DNA from: an uncultured Bacilli bacterium
GTDB lineage: Bacteria > Bacillota_I > Bacilli_A > RF39 > UBA660
NCBI GenBank assembly: GCA_934098345.1
Contig: CAKONX010000001.1
Span: 9,510-73,509 of the forward strand
DNA: 64,000 nucleotides
Reading direction: 5' to 3'
Part shown: in pieces, positions 1 to 10,823 of the stretch
Numbering within the stretch: the stretch's first letter is position 1
Layout: every line of letters starts with the position of its first letter
The notes under the pieces: generated by a model
The model's input: the letters and a program-made list of their open reading frames with translations, nothing else
Database searches by the model: none
Told to the model about the DNA's origin: nothing
Program-made: the position numbers and the translations under genes

Positions 1-27
1 GAATTTTTTATTTAAAGGAGTTTATCT

Positions 28-612
28 ATGAAATATTTATATGCCAATATTAATGACTATAACGATAATGATTATAAATCTATTTATGAAAGTATAAATA
101 ATTTCAAAAAGAAAGATATTGATAAACTCCCTACTAATGATGATAAAAAAAGAAGTATTTTAGGCATAAAACTTCTTATGAACTTACTTTTAGAAAAAAA
201 TATTAATTATAATGATTTAAGATTTACTAAAAATAAAGATGGAAAACCTATTATTACTAATTATTCTTTGTTTTATAGTACAAGCCATTCAGATGAATAT
301 GTTATATGTGCAATATCAGATAAAGAAATAGGCATAGATATTCAAAGCATACAAGAAATAAATTTTAAAATTATGAATAGTTTTTTTAATGAAGACGAAA
401 AACTTTATTCCAATAATAACGAAAATTATACAAAAATACTATCTTTAAAAGAAGCCTACGGTAAATGTTATGGTTTTGGTATTAATCATATTAAAGAAGT
501 TAAATTTTCTATAAAAGAAAAAAATATAATTGTTAATGATAAAAGTGTTACATATAAATTTATTAATGATATACCTAATTATATAATTTCAATAGTTGAA
601 AAAACTTGCTAA
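28..612 (+). CDS. 4'-phosphopantetheinyl transferase, Sfp/AcpT type
   Basis: 194 aa ORF with PPTase motifs: KNKDGKPI (KDGKP), STSHSDEYV (xxSHS), GIDIQ (GIDIE-like), KEAYGK. Confidence 0.6.
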   Translation: MKYLYANINDYNDNDYKSIYESINNFKKKDIDKLPTNDDKKRSILGIKLLMNLLLEKNINYNDLRFTKNKDGKPIITNYSLFYSTSHSDEYVICAISDKEIGIDIQSIQEINFKIMNSFFNEDEKLYSNNNENYTKILSLKEAYGKCYGFGINHIKEVKFSIKEKNIIVNDKSVTYKFINDIPNYIISIVEKTC

Positions 613-1388
613 ATATTATTAGCAAGTTCAACAAATATATCATATGAAAGTTCTTCAGCACGATTATTAATTGAAAAACCGTGATTTTTTAAAATAGAAT
701 CAATTTTCTCTAAATCATATTTTTTTAAATTATTTCTGATATTCTTTCTTTTAAATTGAAAAGAATCTCTTACTAGTTTATTAAATTTATCAAAATCCAC
801 TTCAAGAATTTTTTCTTTTTTGATAAGTTTTATTACACTTGAGTCAACATTTGGTATTGGATAAAATTTATTTCTAGAAACATTAAATAATTTTTTTATA
901 TCAAAATAGTAATTTAATAAAACACTTATAGATCCATATTCCTTTGAACCAGGATTAGAAGAAAATCTTTCCGCAACTTCCTTTTGAACCATAAATACCA
1001 TTTCTTTTACATTTATTTTAGACTCAATTATAGATAAAATTATTGGAGTTGTTATATAATATGGTAAATTACCAATAATATATAAATCTTTATAATTGAT
1101 CTTTTCAATATCTTTATTAATATTTCTTTTTAGAAAATCATCAAAAATTATTTGAGTTTTATCATTTTTTATTTGATTAAGAATGTTTTCTAAATCTGTA
1201 TCGACTTCATAACATATAAGATTAGAATTATATTTAACTAAGTTTTTAGTAAGAGCACCACTTCCAGGTCCAATTTCAATTATTAAATCATCTTCTTTTG
1301 GATTAATTGAAGATGTTATATCATTAATTATTGATTTGTCACTTAAAAAGTTTTGACCAAACTTTTTTTTAAATACGTGTTTTTCCAT
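609..1388 (-). CDS. rsmA: 16S rRNA (adenine1518/1519-N6)-dimethyltransferase RsmA/KsgA
   Basis: FGQNFL motif and IEIGPGSGALT SAM-binding loop; probable start at MEKHVF (ORF track starts 12 codons upstream). Confidence 0.85.
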   Translation of the reverse strand: MEKHVFKKKFGQNFLSDKSIINDITSSINPKEDDLIIEIGPGSGALTKNLVKYNSNLICYEVDTDLENILNQIKNDKTQIIFDDFLKRNINKDIEKINYKDLYIIGNLPYYITTPIILSIIESKINVKEMVFMVQKEVAERFSSNPGSKEYGSISVLLNYYFDIKKLFNVSRNKFYPIPNVDSSVIKLIKKEKILEVDFDKFNKLVRDSFQFKRKNIRNNLKKYDLEKIDSILKNHGFSINNRAEELSYDIFVELANNI

Positions 1389-1459
1389 AAAATCACCATG
1401 TATTAAGTTTACCACAAATATCATCTATGGTAAAATACCATTAAGAATGAGTTGATATT

Positions 1460-2284
1460 ATGGAAATAAATTATGACAAAATAGATAAAGAATTAAATAG
1501 CTTTGCAATAGATAAAATATATGATTTATTATCTAGTTTTGACCACGAAATAATGAATGATGCAAAACGACAACTTGAAAACTCAATAATTAATAATAAA
1601 ATAATTGTTGTAAATAAACCTTCTCAAAAAGATATAAATATCTTTAAAGAAAATATTCCATCAGCACATGGACCAAGAGCAAAAAAAGATGGGATGATTC
1701 ACATTTATCCATACATCTATAACAAAGATACAGAGTGGATTATAAAACATTACATAAATGAAGGAATATTAACTCATGAATTATGTCATTACATAATAAA
1801 GTTAGATTTTGAGTCATTAGATGAAAGTGAAGAAAAACTAGGACACTTTATTAACGAAGGTGCTGTGCAATTGTTAACTGAACTAATTGACAAAAAAAGA
1901 TATCAAGGAGTTGAGTATCGCAAAAATGTTGAATTAGTCGAAATTTTACTTACAAAAATTTCTTTTGAAAAAATATTTGCCGGTAATTTAAAAGAAATTT
2001 TATCTTCTGAACAATTTGATGAAATAAAAGAAGAATATTTTAAACTAAGCGCCTTTATAAAAGAAATTAATAACTTTGTTACCAAAGTTGGAACTATATA
2101 TGGCATGGATTATAAATCTATTATTAGAAGATTAAAAATGAAAACTACATTAGAGACTATTAATTATTTAAAAGAAGAATTACAAAAATTACCAAATTCA
2201 TTAGAAAAAGAAAATTTAATAGAAGAATTTGACGAAATATTAAATAAATTTAATAAAGAAAAAGAAGTTACTCATAAAATGTAA
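1460..2284 (+). CDS. hypothetical protein with HExxH motif (LTHELCHYII), possible metallopeptidase-like
   Basis: 274 aa ORF, single HExxH; no other recognisable family. Confidence 0.45.
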   Translation: MEINYDKIDKELNSFAIDKIYDLLSSFDHEIMNDAKRQLENSIINNKIIVVNKPSQKDINIFKENIPSAHGPRAKKDGMIHIYPYIYNKDTEWIIKHYINEGILTHELCHYIIKLDFESLDESEEKLGHFINEGAVQLLTELIDKKRYQGVEYRKNVELVEILLTKISFEKIFAGNLKEILSSEQFDEIKEEYFKLSAFIKEINNFVTKVGTIYGMDYKSIIRRLKMKTTLETINYLKEELQKLPNSLEKENLIEEFDEILNKFNKEKEVTHKM

Positions 2285-2290
2285 CTTCTT

Positions 2291-2836
2291 TTATCTTTCC
2301 CATCCATTTCTTAAAACATCGTAATTTATTTTGTGTCTTCCAATATTTTTTAATGCATAATCTTCATTTTCTACTAATAAGTCAAGATCAGTACCAAGTA
2401 CCCCTCTATCTAATACAATAGCAACTACCTTTTTATCACTTACATAACCAGCATCAAATGTTACAATAGAACCGCATTTTAGATTTTTACTTGAAGCAAC
2501 AATTCTAACCTCACCATAATCAGCATCATTATAAATTGTTGTTCCATCAGTTACATCTTGACCAGTACATCCAAGTTTACCACTACATAAAGGGCAATTT
2601 GCTCCGTATCCAGTTAAATCTCCTGTAAAAGTATCTAATGGATAATATTTATCTTTTAATTGTATTTCATTAAGTTTATAAGTCATTGCTGTTAAATCTA
2701 TAGTTTTATTTAAATTCTCGTTAGTTATCTTGTCATTTAAATTAATTAAGTTTACTCTTTGAATTACAAAAACTGAGCAAACTATTAATATGATTTTTGT
2801 TGCTTTTAAAAATTTGTTACTACCCTTAATCATCAT
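2291..2836 (-). CDS. 3D-domain cell-wall protein (YabE/YuiC-like)
   Basis: N-terminal TM/signal; C-terminal 3D-domain-like region with conserved Asp (GTDLDLLVENEDYALK); lies between tatD and ksgA as yabE does in B. subtilis. Confidence 0.55.
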   Translation of the reverse strand: MMIKGSNKFLKATKIILIVCSVFVIQRVNLINLNDKITNENLNKTIDLTAMTYKLNEIQLKDKYYPLDTFTGDLTGYGANCPLCSGKLGCTGQDVTDGTTIYNDADYGEVRIVASSKNLKCGSIVTFDAGYVSDKKVVAIVLDRGVLGTDLDLLVENEDYALKNIGRHKINYDVLRNGWER

Positions 2837-2911
2837 ATAATCACCTTATATATCAATTCTAGCAAAAATCAATACATAAGTAAACACTTTACACAAATTT
2901 TATATTATTTT

Positions 2912-3664
2912 TTAGATATTATATAAGTCCCTTACGTTCTTTTCTGTAACTCTTGAAACTTCTTCTAGACTAATATTTTTCAAATTTGCTAAATATTCAG
3001 CAATAGTTTTAATGTACTTAGGCTCATTAGAATATTTTCTAAATGGTTCAGGAGTTAAATATGGAGAATCAGTTTCTAAAATAATTCTATCTAAAGGAAT
3101 TTCTTTAATAATTGTATCTATTTTAGAGTTCTTAAATGTCATTACACCACCAACACCTATATAGAAACCCATATTAATTAGGATATTAGCTGTCTCTAAA
3201 CTACCACTAAAACAGTGAATTACTCCTTCAACTTTAAATTTTTTTAATGAATTGATAGTATCAAGAGTTGCTTCTCTTGAGTGGACTACAACTGGTAACC
3301 CATATTTTTCTGCTAAAGATAATTGATATTCAAATAATTCGATTTGTTCCTTTTTATTTTCTTTTGTATAGTAATAATCAAGCCCAATTTCTCCAATAGC
3401 AACTAATTTTTTATTATTTGAATTATCAACAATGTATTTTTCTAATTTAGTATAATCTTTAACTAAATCTTCTGGATGTAATCCTATACAAACATAAATA
3501 TTTGGATACTTTTCACTTGTTTCAAGTACTTCCTCTATATTTTCAAAACTGGTTGCTGCATTTATTATTTTATAAACCGAATTATTTTTAGCATCTTCTA
3601 TAACTTTACCAAAATCACTAAAATATTCTTTAAAAATATGCGCATGTGTATCTGTAAATTTCAT
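2912..3664 (-). CDS. tatD: TatD-family deoxyribonuclease (YabD)
   Basis: MKFTDTHAHI start, metal-binding His/Glu/Asp pattern, conserved position downstream of metG. Confidence 0.85.
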   Translation of the reverse strand: MKFTDTHAHIFKEYFSDFGKVIEDAKNNSVYKIINAATSFENIEEVLETSEKYPNIYVCIGLHPEDLVKDYTKLEKYIVDNSNNKKLVAIGEIGLDYYYTKENKKEQIELFEYQLSLAEKYGLPVVVHSREATLDTINSLKKFKVEGVIHCFSGSLETANILINMGFYIGVGGVMTFKNSKIDTIIKEIPLDRIILETDSPYLTPEPFRKYSNEPKYIKTIAEYLANLKNISLEEVSRVTEKNVRDLYNI

Positions 3665-3694
3665 ACATTCTCCTCTAAATAATAATAAAAGTGA

Positions 3695-5236
3695 TTACTC
3701 ACTTTTATTATCTATTCTTACAAATAAAATCTCTGGATTATTTAATTTAGTTCCTGATTTAAATTGACCGAACTTTTTAGCTGATTCATAAGATTTTAAA
3801 TCTGTATTAATTTGATTAAATATTTTTTTTGTTGTTTCAGGAATAAATGCTTGAAGATATACTGTACAAATTCTAATAGATTCTATTAAATTATATAAAA
3901 CAGTTTTTAATCTATCTTGTTTTGTTTCATCTTTAGCAAGAGCCCATGGAGTAGTATCATCAATATATTTATTAGTTGCCCTTAAACAATTAAATACTTC
4001 ATCTATTGCATCTGCAATTTTTAAATCATCCATTTTTTTCTTAAAATTAACTGATAAAGCCTCGACTTTTTCTATTAAAGCATTATCGACATCTTCAGTT
4101 ACATTTGTATTTTCAACAATTCCAGCAAAGTATTTATGTGACATAGAAATGGTTCTATTAACTAAATTTCCTAAAATGTTTGCTAAATCTCCATTTATTC
4201 TTTCAACAAGCAAATCTTCTGAGAAAAGTCCATCACTTGCAAATGGTATTTCATGTAAGAAGAAATATCTAATTGCATCTACGCCATATTTGTTAACAAG
4301 ATCATCAGCATATATAATGTTACCTTTACTCTTACTCATTTTTCCATCAGACATGATTAACCAAGGATGTCCAAATACTTTTTCTGGAATTGGTAAATCT
4401 AAACTCATTAAGAAACATGGCCAATAAATTGTGTGAAATCTTACAATATCTTTACCGATTAAATGTAAGTTAGCTGGCCATAACTTTTTAAATTCTTCTG
4501 TTTCATTATCAACATCATACCCGATATTTGTAATATAGTTTGTTAATGCATCTAACCAAACATATACAACATGTTTTGGATCAAAATCTACTGGTATTCC
4601 CCAAGAAAATGAAGTACGTGAAACACATAAATCTTGAAGACCTGGTTTAATAAAATTATTTAACATTTCATTTTTTCGTGCTTCTGGTTGAATAAAATCT
4701 GGATGACTTTCAATATACTCAACTAATTTATCTTGATATTTAGATAATCTGAAAAAATAAGCTTCTTCACATTTTTCTTGAACAACTCTTCCACAGTCAG
4801 GACATTTTCCATCAACTAATTGACTTTCAGTCCAAAAAGATTCACACGGTGTACAATATAATCCCTTATACTCACCTTTATAAATATCACCTTTATCATA
4901 CATTTTTTTAAATATATGTTGAACTACTTCTTCATGATGCTTATCAGTTGTTCTTACAAATTTATCATAAGTAGTGTTCATTAAATCCCATATAGTTTTT
5001 ATTTCACTAGCAACTTTATCAACATATGCTTGTGGTTCAATTCCAGCTTCATTTGCTTTAATTTCTATTTTTTCTCCATGTTCATCTGTTCCTGTTTGAA
5101 AATAAACATCGTATCCTTCTAATCTTTTATTTCTTGCAATTGCATCTGCTAAAACAATTTCATATGTGTTTCCAATATGAGGTTTAGCTGAAGTATATGC
5201 AATTGCTGTACTAATATAATATTTTTCTTTTTCCAT
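3695..5236 (-). CDS. metG: methionyl-tRNA synthetase (short form)
   Basis: Class I aaRS HIGH-type motif (KPHIGN), KMSKSKGN motif, CxxC zinc knuckle; start placed at MEKEK with AGGAGA 9 nt upstream. Confidence 0.9.
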   Translation of the reverse strand: MEKEKYYISTAIAYTSAKPHIGNTYEIVLADAIARNKRLEGYDVYFQTGTDEHGEKIEIKANEAGIEPQAYVDKVASEIKTIWDLMNTTYDKFVRTTDKHHEEVVQHIFKKMYDKGDIYKGEYKGLYCTPCESFWTESQLVDGKCPDCGRVVQEKCEEAYFFRLSKYQDKLVEYIESHPDFIQPEARKNEMLNNFIKPGLQDLCVSRTSFSWGIPVDFDPKHVVYVWLDALTNYITNIGYDVDNETEEFKKLWPANLHLIGKDIVRFHTIYWPCFLMSLDLPIPEKVFGHPWLIMSDGKMSKSKGNIIYADDLVNKYGVDAIRYFFLHEIPFASDGLFSEDLLVERINGDLANILGNLVNRTISMSHKYFAGIVENTNVTEDVDNALIEKVEALSVNFKKKMDDLKIADAIDEVFNCLRATNKYIDDTTPWALAKDETKQDRLKTVLYNLIESIRICTVYLQAFIPETTKKIFNQINTDLKSYESAKKFGQFKSGTKLNNPEILFVRIDNKSE

Positions 5237-5359
5237 TTTTATCATTCTCCTTATAAATTTTATTCTATATTATTAATTCATAGTATATTAACACATCCGT
5301 TTAAATATCCTTAAATTAATAATAGTAATACTTTTTTCTATTAACAAAATAATCACCAC

Positions 5360-5590
5360 CAATAAAAAAACATTCATAATATAGGAACGAACTAATCCGT
5401 GGTACCATCCTATTTTATGAATGTATTCATACACTTTATATCTTAACGCGATTAAAACGATTTAAACTCCAGAGCCATTCGATTATTTTACTAACTTATC
5501 TGCTTTCACCTAACCAGATTCTCTAAAAAAGCCTTCAAATAACTTCTTTCCTTCATTGCTTAACGAACTTAATATATCATGTATAATAAT
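5360..5590 (-). promoter_or_regulatory. T-box riboswitch leader of metG with intrinsic terminator (terminator about 5364..5423)
   Basis: Minus strand reads cattcataa-aataGGATGGTACCACGGattag-...-ttatgaatg-TTTTTTT; GGATGGTACCACGG matches T-box consensus GGGTGGTACCGCGG within a terminator hairpin, typical of Firmicute aaRS leaders. Confidence 0.45.
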
Positions 5591-5600
5591 TTTATTCAAG

Positions 5601-8600
5601 TTATTTATCTATCATATTTACAATTTCATCTAATAATTTTACTTCATAATATATAAAATGTTTTTCTAAATTTACTTTTGGTAAAGTAATAAATATTTTT
5701 TTCATCTTATAAGAAAATCTAAATTTTGGATTAATATTATATGCAAGTAAGAATAATTTATCTCCCTCTATTTTATTAGAAACATCTTCATTTAATTCTA
5801 ATTCAATAGAAGCATCTGTTTGTTTAACTCTAGTAATATTAAGCTTATTTGCTAATTTTTCAAACCATTCTTCATACATATATATTTCCATTTTTTCATC
5901 AATTGTACCAAATCTGTCTTCAATTTCTTGTTTAGCTTTTAATAAAGTATCTTCATCTTTGATTTCATTAATGATTTTATGAATTTCAATTTTAATATCT
6001 TCTTCTTTAACATAGTTGTCATCTATATGATTTGCAACTTCTATTAATGGATTTTTATCATCTTCTTCAATAACTTCTTCACCATTAAGCCTTTTTATTT
6101 CATCTTGAACCATTTGAGTATATAATTCAAGACCAACAGAATCAACAAATCCAGCCTGTTCACTTCCAAGTAAATCACCTGCTCCACGAATAGATAAATC
6201 CCTCATAGCAATTTTATAACCAGAACCAAGTTCTGTAAAATCTTTTATAGATTGAAGCCTTTTTTTAGCTGTTTCTGTTAATATTCTTGATGGTTTATAC
6301 ATTAAATAAGCATATGCAATTTTATCACTTCTTCCAACTCTTCCTCTAAGTTGATATAGTTGTGATAATCCAAAATTGTCTGCATCTATTATAATTAAAG
6401 TATTTACATTTGGAATATCAATTCCAGTTTCAATTATAGTTGTACATAAAAGAATATCATATTTATAATCAATATAATCACTTACAATATTTTCAAGCTC
6501 ATTTTTATCCATTTGACCATGTGCAATTGCAATTCTTGCTTCAGGTACAAGCTTCTTTATCTTAGTTTCTTCATCAACTATACTTTGAACTTTATTATAA
6601 AGAATAAATATTTGCCCATTTCTAGACATTTCTTTATATATTGCATCTTTAATTAATACATCATTTTCTTCTAAGACATAGGTTTGAACTGGATAACGAT
6701 TAACTGGAGCCGTATCAATTATAGATAAATCTCTTAATCCACTCATAGCCATTTTTAATGTTCTTGGTATAGGTGTTGCTGACAAAGTTAAAACATTTAT
6801 ATTATTTTTTAACTCTTTAATTTTTTCTTTATGAGTTACCCCAAATCTTTGTTCCTCATCAATAACAAGTAATCCTAAATTTTTATAATCGATTTTATCA
6901 TTTAGAAGTTTATGTGTTCCAAAAACTATATCAATAGTTCCTTCTTTTAAACCTTTAATTACCCGATTTGTTTCTTTAACTGATACAAATCTATTAAGTA
7001 AAGCAATGTTAACAGGATAATTTTTAAATCTTTCAAGAGCATTTAAATATTGTTGTCTAGATAACAGCGTTGTTGGACATAAATAAGCAACTTGGTGTCC
7101 GTTCATAACCGTTTTAAACATACCTCTAAATGCCACTTCAGTTTTACCAAAACCAACATCACCACATAAAAGTCTATCCATTGGCACCGGTGAATCTAGA
7201 TCATGTTTTAATTCTTTTATACATTTTTCTTGATCAGATGTTGCGGTATATTCAAAATAGGAATCAAATACCTCTTCATCTGGATAATCTTTATAAGCAT
7301 CCCCTTTGATACTGTTTCTAGCTGCATAAAGTTTTATTAACTCATCAGAAATATCTTTGATTTTAGCTTTAACTTTCATTTTAGTTTTAGCCCAGTTAGT
7401 TGAATTTAAAGAATTTATTTTAGGTTGAACACCATCTGCATCTGAAAATTTATATATAGTATTTATTTTTTCAACTGGAATGTATACTTTATCATTACCT
7501 GCATAGTTAATTAAAATATAATCTCTCATCATTCCATTTTTAGTAAGTGCTTTTATTCCACCATAAATTCCTATACCATTACTTTGATGAACTACATAAT
7601 CTCCCACTTTCAAATCATCAAAACTCTTTATTTTTCTACCTAATTTATAAGAATTTTTATAAGTATTAATTACTTTTACATCATCTATATCATACTCACT
7701 TATTATTGAATAATTATTTATAATGAATCCTTCATTTATCTTTTTCTTTATTATGTTTATTTCACCAGGGACGATTGAACCAATATTAACACGTTCAAAT
7801 AAAGATTCAATAGAATTAATTTGTCTATCATTACTTAAATAAATAATTAAAGTATTTTTTTTACAATTAGAATTTACATAATCTTTTAAAGAATCATAGT
7901 TACCCTTAAATTTAATCATAGGTTTTGAATTATAAGATAAACTATCTGAATAATTATTAACAGTTTCGATTCTTATAAAATTATCAACCATTATTTCATC
8001 ATAATTATACATATATTTAATATCTTCATTTTTTGATTCATTATATTCTTTTATATCAATAAGTATTTTTTCATAACCATTTAATATTTGATTTTCATCA
8101 ACAAAGAAAGTAAATGGATTATTCATGTATTCATAAAGCGAATTATGTTCATCAGTTGATATTTCTGAAAATGGCATTAATTTATAACTAGATACTTCAT
8201 TTATTGATAACTGAGTTTCTTCATTAAAGAATCTAATTGAATCTATTTCATCTCCAAAAAATTCTAATCTTATTGGATGTTCACTTTCAATTGGAAAAAT
8301 ATCAATTATATATCCACGCACAGCATATTCTCCAGTTGAAGTAACTAAAGAATCACGATTATATCCTAAAATATTAAGGGTATTTAAAAGTTCTTCTCTT
8401 TCATAAGTATTACCTTTTACTAAGTTTAGTTCATATTTGCTTGATTCAGATTTTGTTGGTAAAAATCTTAAATATCCCATTAAGTTTGTAACAACAATAC
8501 ATTTCTCATTTTTAAGTCTTTCTAAGGTTTCTAATCTTCTAACTTTTAAATCTGGTGATATAGCTAGAGCTACTGATGCTAAAAAATCATCCATCGGAAA

Positions 8601-8795
8601 AAGACAGACATTGTCTGTATATGTTTTTAATCCTTGAAACATCTTATTTGCATCATATAAAGTATTCGTTACTATAAGAATATTTTCATTCGTCTTCTTA
8701 TAGTAATTTAAATAATATTGAATAGTTAATTCTTCTGTAAGGCCACAAACATGATATCCATTTTTATATTCAAAAATATCACTTAAAAAATCCAT
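5601..8795 (-). CDS. mfd: transcription-repair coupling factor Mfd
   Basis: 1064 aa; CarD/RNAP-interaction domain (VGDYVVHQSNGIGIY), SF2 helicase motifs (GFGKTEVA, DEEQRFG), TRCF C-terminus. Confidence 0.9.
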   Translation of the reverse strand: MDFLSDIFEYKNGYHVCGLTEELTIQYYLNYYKKTNENILIVTNTLYDANKMFQGLKTYTDNVCLFPMDDFLASVALAISPDLKVRRLETLERLKNEKCIVVTNLMGYLRFLPTKSESSKYELNLVKGNTYEREELLNTLNILGYNRDSLVTSTGEYAVRGYIIDIFPIESEHPIRLEFFGDEIDSIRFFNEETQLSINEVSSYKLMPFSEISTDEHNSLYEYMNNPFTFFVDENQILNGYEKILIDIKEYNESKNEDIKYMYNYDEIMVDNFIRIETVNNYSDSLSYNSKPMIKFKGNYDSLKDYVNSNCKKNTLIIYLSNDRQINSIESLFERVNIGSIVPGEINIIKKKINEGFIINNYSIISEYDIDDVKVINTYKNSYKLGRKIKSFDDLKVGDYVVHQSNGIGIYGGIKALTKNGMMRDYILINYAGNDKVYIPVEKINTIYKFSDADGVQPKINSLNSTNWAKTKMKVKAKIKDISDELIKLYAARNSIKGDAYKDYPDEEVFDSYFEYTATSDQEKCIKELKHDLDSPVPMDRLLCGDVGFGKTEVAFRGMFKTVMNGHQVAYLCPTTLLSRQQYLNALERFKNYPVNIALLNRFVSVKETNRVIKGLKEGTIDIVFGTHKLLNDKIDYKNLGLLVIDEEQRFGVTHKEKIKELKNNINVLTLSATPIPRTLKMAMSGLRDLSIIDTAPVNRYPVQTYVLEENDVLIKDAIYKEMSRNGQIFILYNKVQSIVDEETKIKKLVPEARIAIAHGQMDKNELENIVSDYIDYKYDILLCTTIIETGIDIPNVNTLIIIDADNFGLSQLYQLRGRVGRSDKIAYAYLMYKPSRILTETAKKRLQSIKDFTELGSGYKIAMRDLSIRGAGDLLGSEQAGFVDSVGLELYTQMVQDEIKRLNGEEVIEEDDKNPLIEVANHIDDNYVKEEDIKIEIHKIINEIKDEDTLLKAKQEIEDRFGTIDEKMEIYMYEEWFEKLANKLNITRVKQTDASIELELNEDVSNKIEGDKLFLLAYNINPKFRFSYKMKKIFITLPKVNLEKHFIYYEVKLLDEIVNMIDK

Positions 8796-8803
8796 AATAT
8801 CAC

Positions 8804-9349
8804 CTAATTATATTTACTCATTAATTCTTGAATATTAAGTTTATTAAAATCTTCAATTATATGATTAATGGTTTGAAAAGATGAATTAAGTGTTTCTAGT
8901 TCATTAGGAGAAAATTTTGATAGTACATAGTCTTTTGTATCCATATTTCTATTATGTGCAATTCCTACTTTAATTCTTGCAAATTCATTTGTATTTAAAT
9001 ACTTAATTATATCTTTTATTCCATTATGTCCACCTGAAGATGAATTTATCTTTATTCTTATTTTACCAAAATCTAAATCCATATCATCTTGGATAATTAA
9101 CAAATCATTTATATTTAGTTTGTAAAAATTCATAAAATCATATACTACTTTACCTGATAAATTCATAAAACTTAAAGGTCTTACAAAAATATATTTTTCA
9201 CCATTAATGTTTGTTTCATAATATTCTCCATTAAATTTTTTTGAGTATTTTACTTCACCTAAATAATTATCAATTGCCATAAAGCCTATATTATGTCTAG
9301 TTTTTTCATATTCTTTACCAGGATTTCCTAGTCCAACTATTAGTTTCAT
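8804..9349 (-). CDS. pth: peptidyl-tRNA hydrolase
   Basis: MKLIVGLGNPGKEYEKTRHNIGF signature. Confidence 0.9.
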   Translation of the reverse strand: MKLIVGLGNPGKEYEKTRHNIGFMAIDNYLGEVKYSKKFNGEYYETNINGEKYIFVRPLSFMNLSGKVVYDFMNFYKLNINDLLIIQDDMDLDFGKIRIKINSSSGGHNGIKDIIKYLNTNEFARIKVGIAHNRNMDTKDYVLSKFSPNELETLNSSFQTINHIIEDFNKLNIQELMSKYN

Positions 9350-10074
9350 TTTGTACCTCCAAAGATTCCTTGATATGTTTTATTTTCATCTATATATACT
9401 GGTCTCTCTATTTTTACATAATCTTTTCCACCATAAAGTGCTTCAATTAATATTAGTGAACTCTCACCATTTCTATTATCATAAACAGGGACAATTCTTT
9501 TTATACCAAATTTATATTTTTTTAATGCTTCAATAATTTCTATAATTCTTGAACTTGTATGAACAAGATAGAAATATCCACCAACATTTAAAGATTTTGC
9601 TGCAATTGAAACAACTTCATCTAAATTAGTAGTTATTTCATGTCTTGCTTTAGCTAAAATATCATTATCATTTATAATTTTTTCATTATGATAAACAAAA
9701 TATGGTGGATTACATGTAACAATATCGTACTTTGTTTTAAAATTAATATTTTTTATATCATCATTTCTATAATCAATATTACCAATGTTATTAACCTCAA
9801 TTGATTTTTTACCAAGCTCATAAATTTCTTTTTGTATTTCGTAAGCAACTACATTAATTTTGCTACCGTATTTTTTTGATAAAATTAATGGAATTGGTGC
9901 ATTACCTGAACATAAATCCAAGATATTTTTAGAATTTTTTCTAACCTTAACAAACTCAGCTAGTAAAACTGAGTCAACTGAAAATTTAAAATAATCTTTA
10001 TTTTGGTATATTTTCATATCATAATCATATAAATCATTTAATTCTATCTGATTCATAAACACATTTATCTCCAT
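9346..10074 (-). CDS. SAM-dependent N6-adenine methyltransferase, tRNA (m6A37) TrmN6/YabB-like
   Basis: NPPY motif (CNPPYFVYH), small MTase domain; same position as B. subtilis yabB. Confidence 0.6.
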   Translation of the reverse strand: MEINVFMNQIELNDLYDYDMKIYQNKDYFKFSVDSVLLAEFVKVRKNSKNILDLCSGNAPIPLILSKKYGSKINVVAYEIQKEIYELGKKSIEVNNIGNIDYRNDDIKNINFKTKYDIVTCNPPYFVYHNEKIINDNDILAKARHEITTNLDEVVSIAAKSLNVGGYFYLVHTSSRIIEIIEALKKYKFGIKRIVPVYDNRNGESSLILIEALYGGKDYVKIERPVYIDENKTYQGIFGGTK

Positions 10075-10819
10075 TTATTTCAACCGTGTATTTTTTATTT
10101 AAAATATCTATTGAAACAACTCTGCCTTCTCCATCTGGAGTCTTCACGTTTTCTCCTACTTTTGGTAAAAGTTTTCTATGACATGTATATACATCATCTT
10201 CATATGCAAGGCAGCATAATAATCTACCACAAGCCCCATTAATTTTACTTGGATTTAAAGCAATATTTTGATTCTTTGCCATATTTATACTTATTGTATC
10301 TATGCCATTTAAAAATGAAGCACAGCATAATGGTCTGCCACAATGACCTAATCCACCAATTTCTTTAGATTTATCTCTTACTCCAATTTGATGAAGTTCA
10401 ATTCTTGTTTTATATTTGGCAGCAAGTTCTTTTACTAAATCTCGGAAATCAACACGATCATCTGAAATAAAATTAAAAATTAGTTGTTTTCTATCTAAAG
10501 TATAAGAAGCGTCTAGTATTTTCATTTTTATATTCATCTTTTTTACTAACTCTTTTGCATAATTTAAAGCAAGTTTTGCATCTTTTAAATTATTCAAATA
10601 ATTATTATAATCTTTTTTTGTTGAAATTCTAAGTACTGGTTTCATATTTTCTATATTTATATTTTTAGATTCCTTAATATCTATATCTGTTACTTTTGCA
10701 AATTGTTCACCTTTTTCTGTTTCTACAACAACTGTTAGATTCTTTTTTAGATCCAAATCTTCATATTTAAAATAATATATTTTACCAGAATCTTTAAATT
10801 TTATTCCACATATCTTCAT
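10034..10819 (-). CDS. ricT: PSP1-domain protein YaaT/RicT (stage 0 sporulation / RNase Y regulator)
   Basis: PSP1 C-terminal domain with conserved Cys cluster (HCGRPLCC...CGRLLCCL); located downstream of holB as in Bacillus. Confidence 0.65.
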   Translation of the reverse strand: MKICGIKFKDSGKIYYFKYEDLDLKKNLTVVVETEKGEQFAKVTDIDIKESKNINIENMKPVLRISTKKDYNNYLNNLKDAKLALNYAKELVKKMNIKMKILDASYTLDRKQLIFNFISDDRVDFRDLVKELAAKYKTRIELHQIGVRDKSKEIGGLGHCGRPLCCASFLNGIDTISINMAKNQNIALNPSKINGACGRLLCCLAYEDDVYTCHRKLLPKVGENVKTPDGEGRVVSIDILNKKYTVEINGDKCVYESDRIK

Positions 10820-10823
10820 AAAA

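Noticed and set aside
1903-2106. Antisense ORFs listed in the six-frame track. Examples are 1903-2106, 4149-4427, 8437-8637, 9351-9536, 11805-11990, 12317-12505, 12691-12879, 12821-13066, 13451-13672, 16818-17021, 18937-19173, 27723-28013, 30921-31127, 32432-32617, 34200-34397, 35819-36040, 36947-37267, 38097-38360, 40011-40238, 41849-42100, 42885-43067, 45046-45264, 45750-46028, 46356-46628, 47560-47760, 49612-49949, 56979-57191, 60201-60395 and 60747-60932
   Set aside because: Each lies inside or opposite a well-supported longer gene. Their composition is low-complexity and hydrophobic, typical of shadow frames in AT-rich DNA. None has an RBS or recognisable motifs.
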